A stretch of 62,513 nt of DNA, counting the filler, from Choristocarpus tenellus KU-1152 (taxonomy: Eukaryota > Protista > Phaeophyceae), in assembly GCA_964200185.2 (NCBI GenBank). It is 13 parts of 13 records of this genome, joined end to end, with 100 filler letters (N's around TTAATTAATTAA, not from the genome) between each part and the next. Parts side by side here need not be neighbours in the genome. Positions count along the whole stretch, not along the records: positions 54,980 to 62,513 come from CAXNAD020006002.1; 12 more parts are not named here. One strand, given 5' to 3'. Both the position numbers and the translations under genes were made by a program. The notes under the pieces are model-generated. The model was given only the letters and a program-made list of their open reading frames with translations, was not told the origin of the DNA and searched no databases. This document shows, one piece after another, positions 61,801 to 62,513 of this stretch (position 1 is the stretch's first letter; the number at the start of each line of letters is the position of its first letter).

Positions 61801-62417
61801 TACTTATCTTTTTTTGATACCAACCCTGCTTCTCTTCCTCTTTCCTCGTCCTTACTTCTACATATTCGTTACTTGTTCTAGGGTTCTATTTTCTCGCAAA
61901 TGTCGCTGCCACCAACACTGTTTGAGTATCACCCTTTTCATTCTCTTAAGTGCCGGAAAGGAATAGGTACTTCTCAACTTTCACTTGTTGTGAGTGGTGG
62001 TGGGAGTACCTGCCAATACCAATGAGTACTGGTTATATGGTGTTTCTTATCATCATACAACAACTATTGCAACTACCAATCGTGACACGCGTAGTGGAAG
62101 TATAAACCAAAATCGTTTTCGTTTCCCTCTTAACCCTAACCCTTCCTGATCCTCCTGCAGAGTGCGTACCCTCACTCGTTTTTTGTGAAGTCACGGGTAC
62201 CAAACGGTACATCAATTGGTAGGATATATTAGGGTTTGGTGCATCCGTGCACATTCCGGGGACAAACGGACAATGTGGAGTAAGAATGTGTTCTGGACTA
62301 GAGGACTATTGGGGTTGTCACTGGACAGGTTCAACACGTCATACAAGTCCTGTAAGCGACAGTTGTTGGATTCCACACTCCCTTGAAGGCTCCCAACAAG
62401 GACAAGGTGATGAATAA

Positions 62418-62513
62418 GAGCCAATGTATCTTAGAGGGTCGAGCCCTGTCCATTTGGGGGTCAAAATCTAATGTTACGATTTTGATGTAATTTTTGGTAT
62501 TGTGTTTTTTAGG
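62418..62513. mobile_element. MITE family B end at window edge
   Basis: GAGCCAATGTATCTTAGAGGG...GTCCATTTGGGGGTCAAAATC. Confidence 0.78.

Overview
This is eukaryotic, intron-rich draft-assembly sequence, not one contiguous locus. It contains 13 unrelated contig pieces (about 2.6-11.5 kb) joined by twelve identical 100-bp artificial spacers (44 N + TTAATTAATTAA + 44 N), so gene neighbourhoods across spacers mean nothing. A bipartite plastid-targeting leader, TTAGGG-type repeats and the gene set suggest a photosynthetic stramenopile, possibly a brown-algal lineage (inference). Spliced genes I could rebuild with phase-consistent introns: a single-pass membrane protein with a long disordered tail, a low-complexity protein, a tyrosinase-like type-3 copper protein, a CBP/p300 (HAC-type) histone acetyltransferase, an MDR-family NADPH:quinone oxidoreductase, the Rab3GAP catalytic subunit 3' part, CAF-1 subunit B, and a complete, probably plastid-targeted ChuX/HutX-like heme-binding protein. 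Mobile DNA: two defective plant-MLE-like mariner copies with D-40-D spacing, about 18 copies or fragments of two related MITE families, a hAT transposase relic, fold-back elements and several minisatellites. No CRISPR array, rRNA or convincing tRNA was found. I see no multi-gene novel system. The best leads are the plastid ChuX/HutX gene, frequent GC-AG introns, the DD40D mariner, and the paired MITE families with different TSD lengths. All family assignments come from motif recognition by eye, not from database searches.
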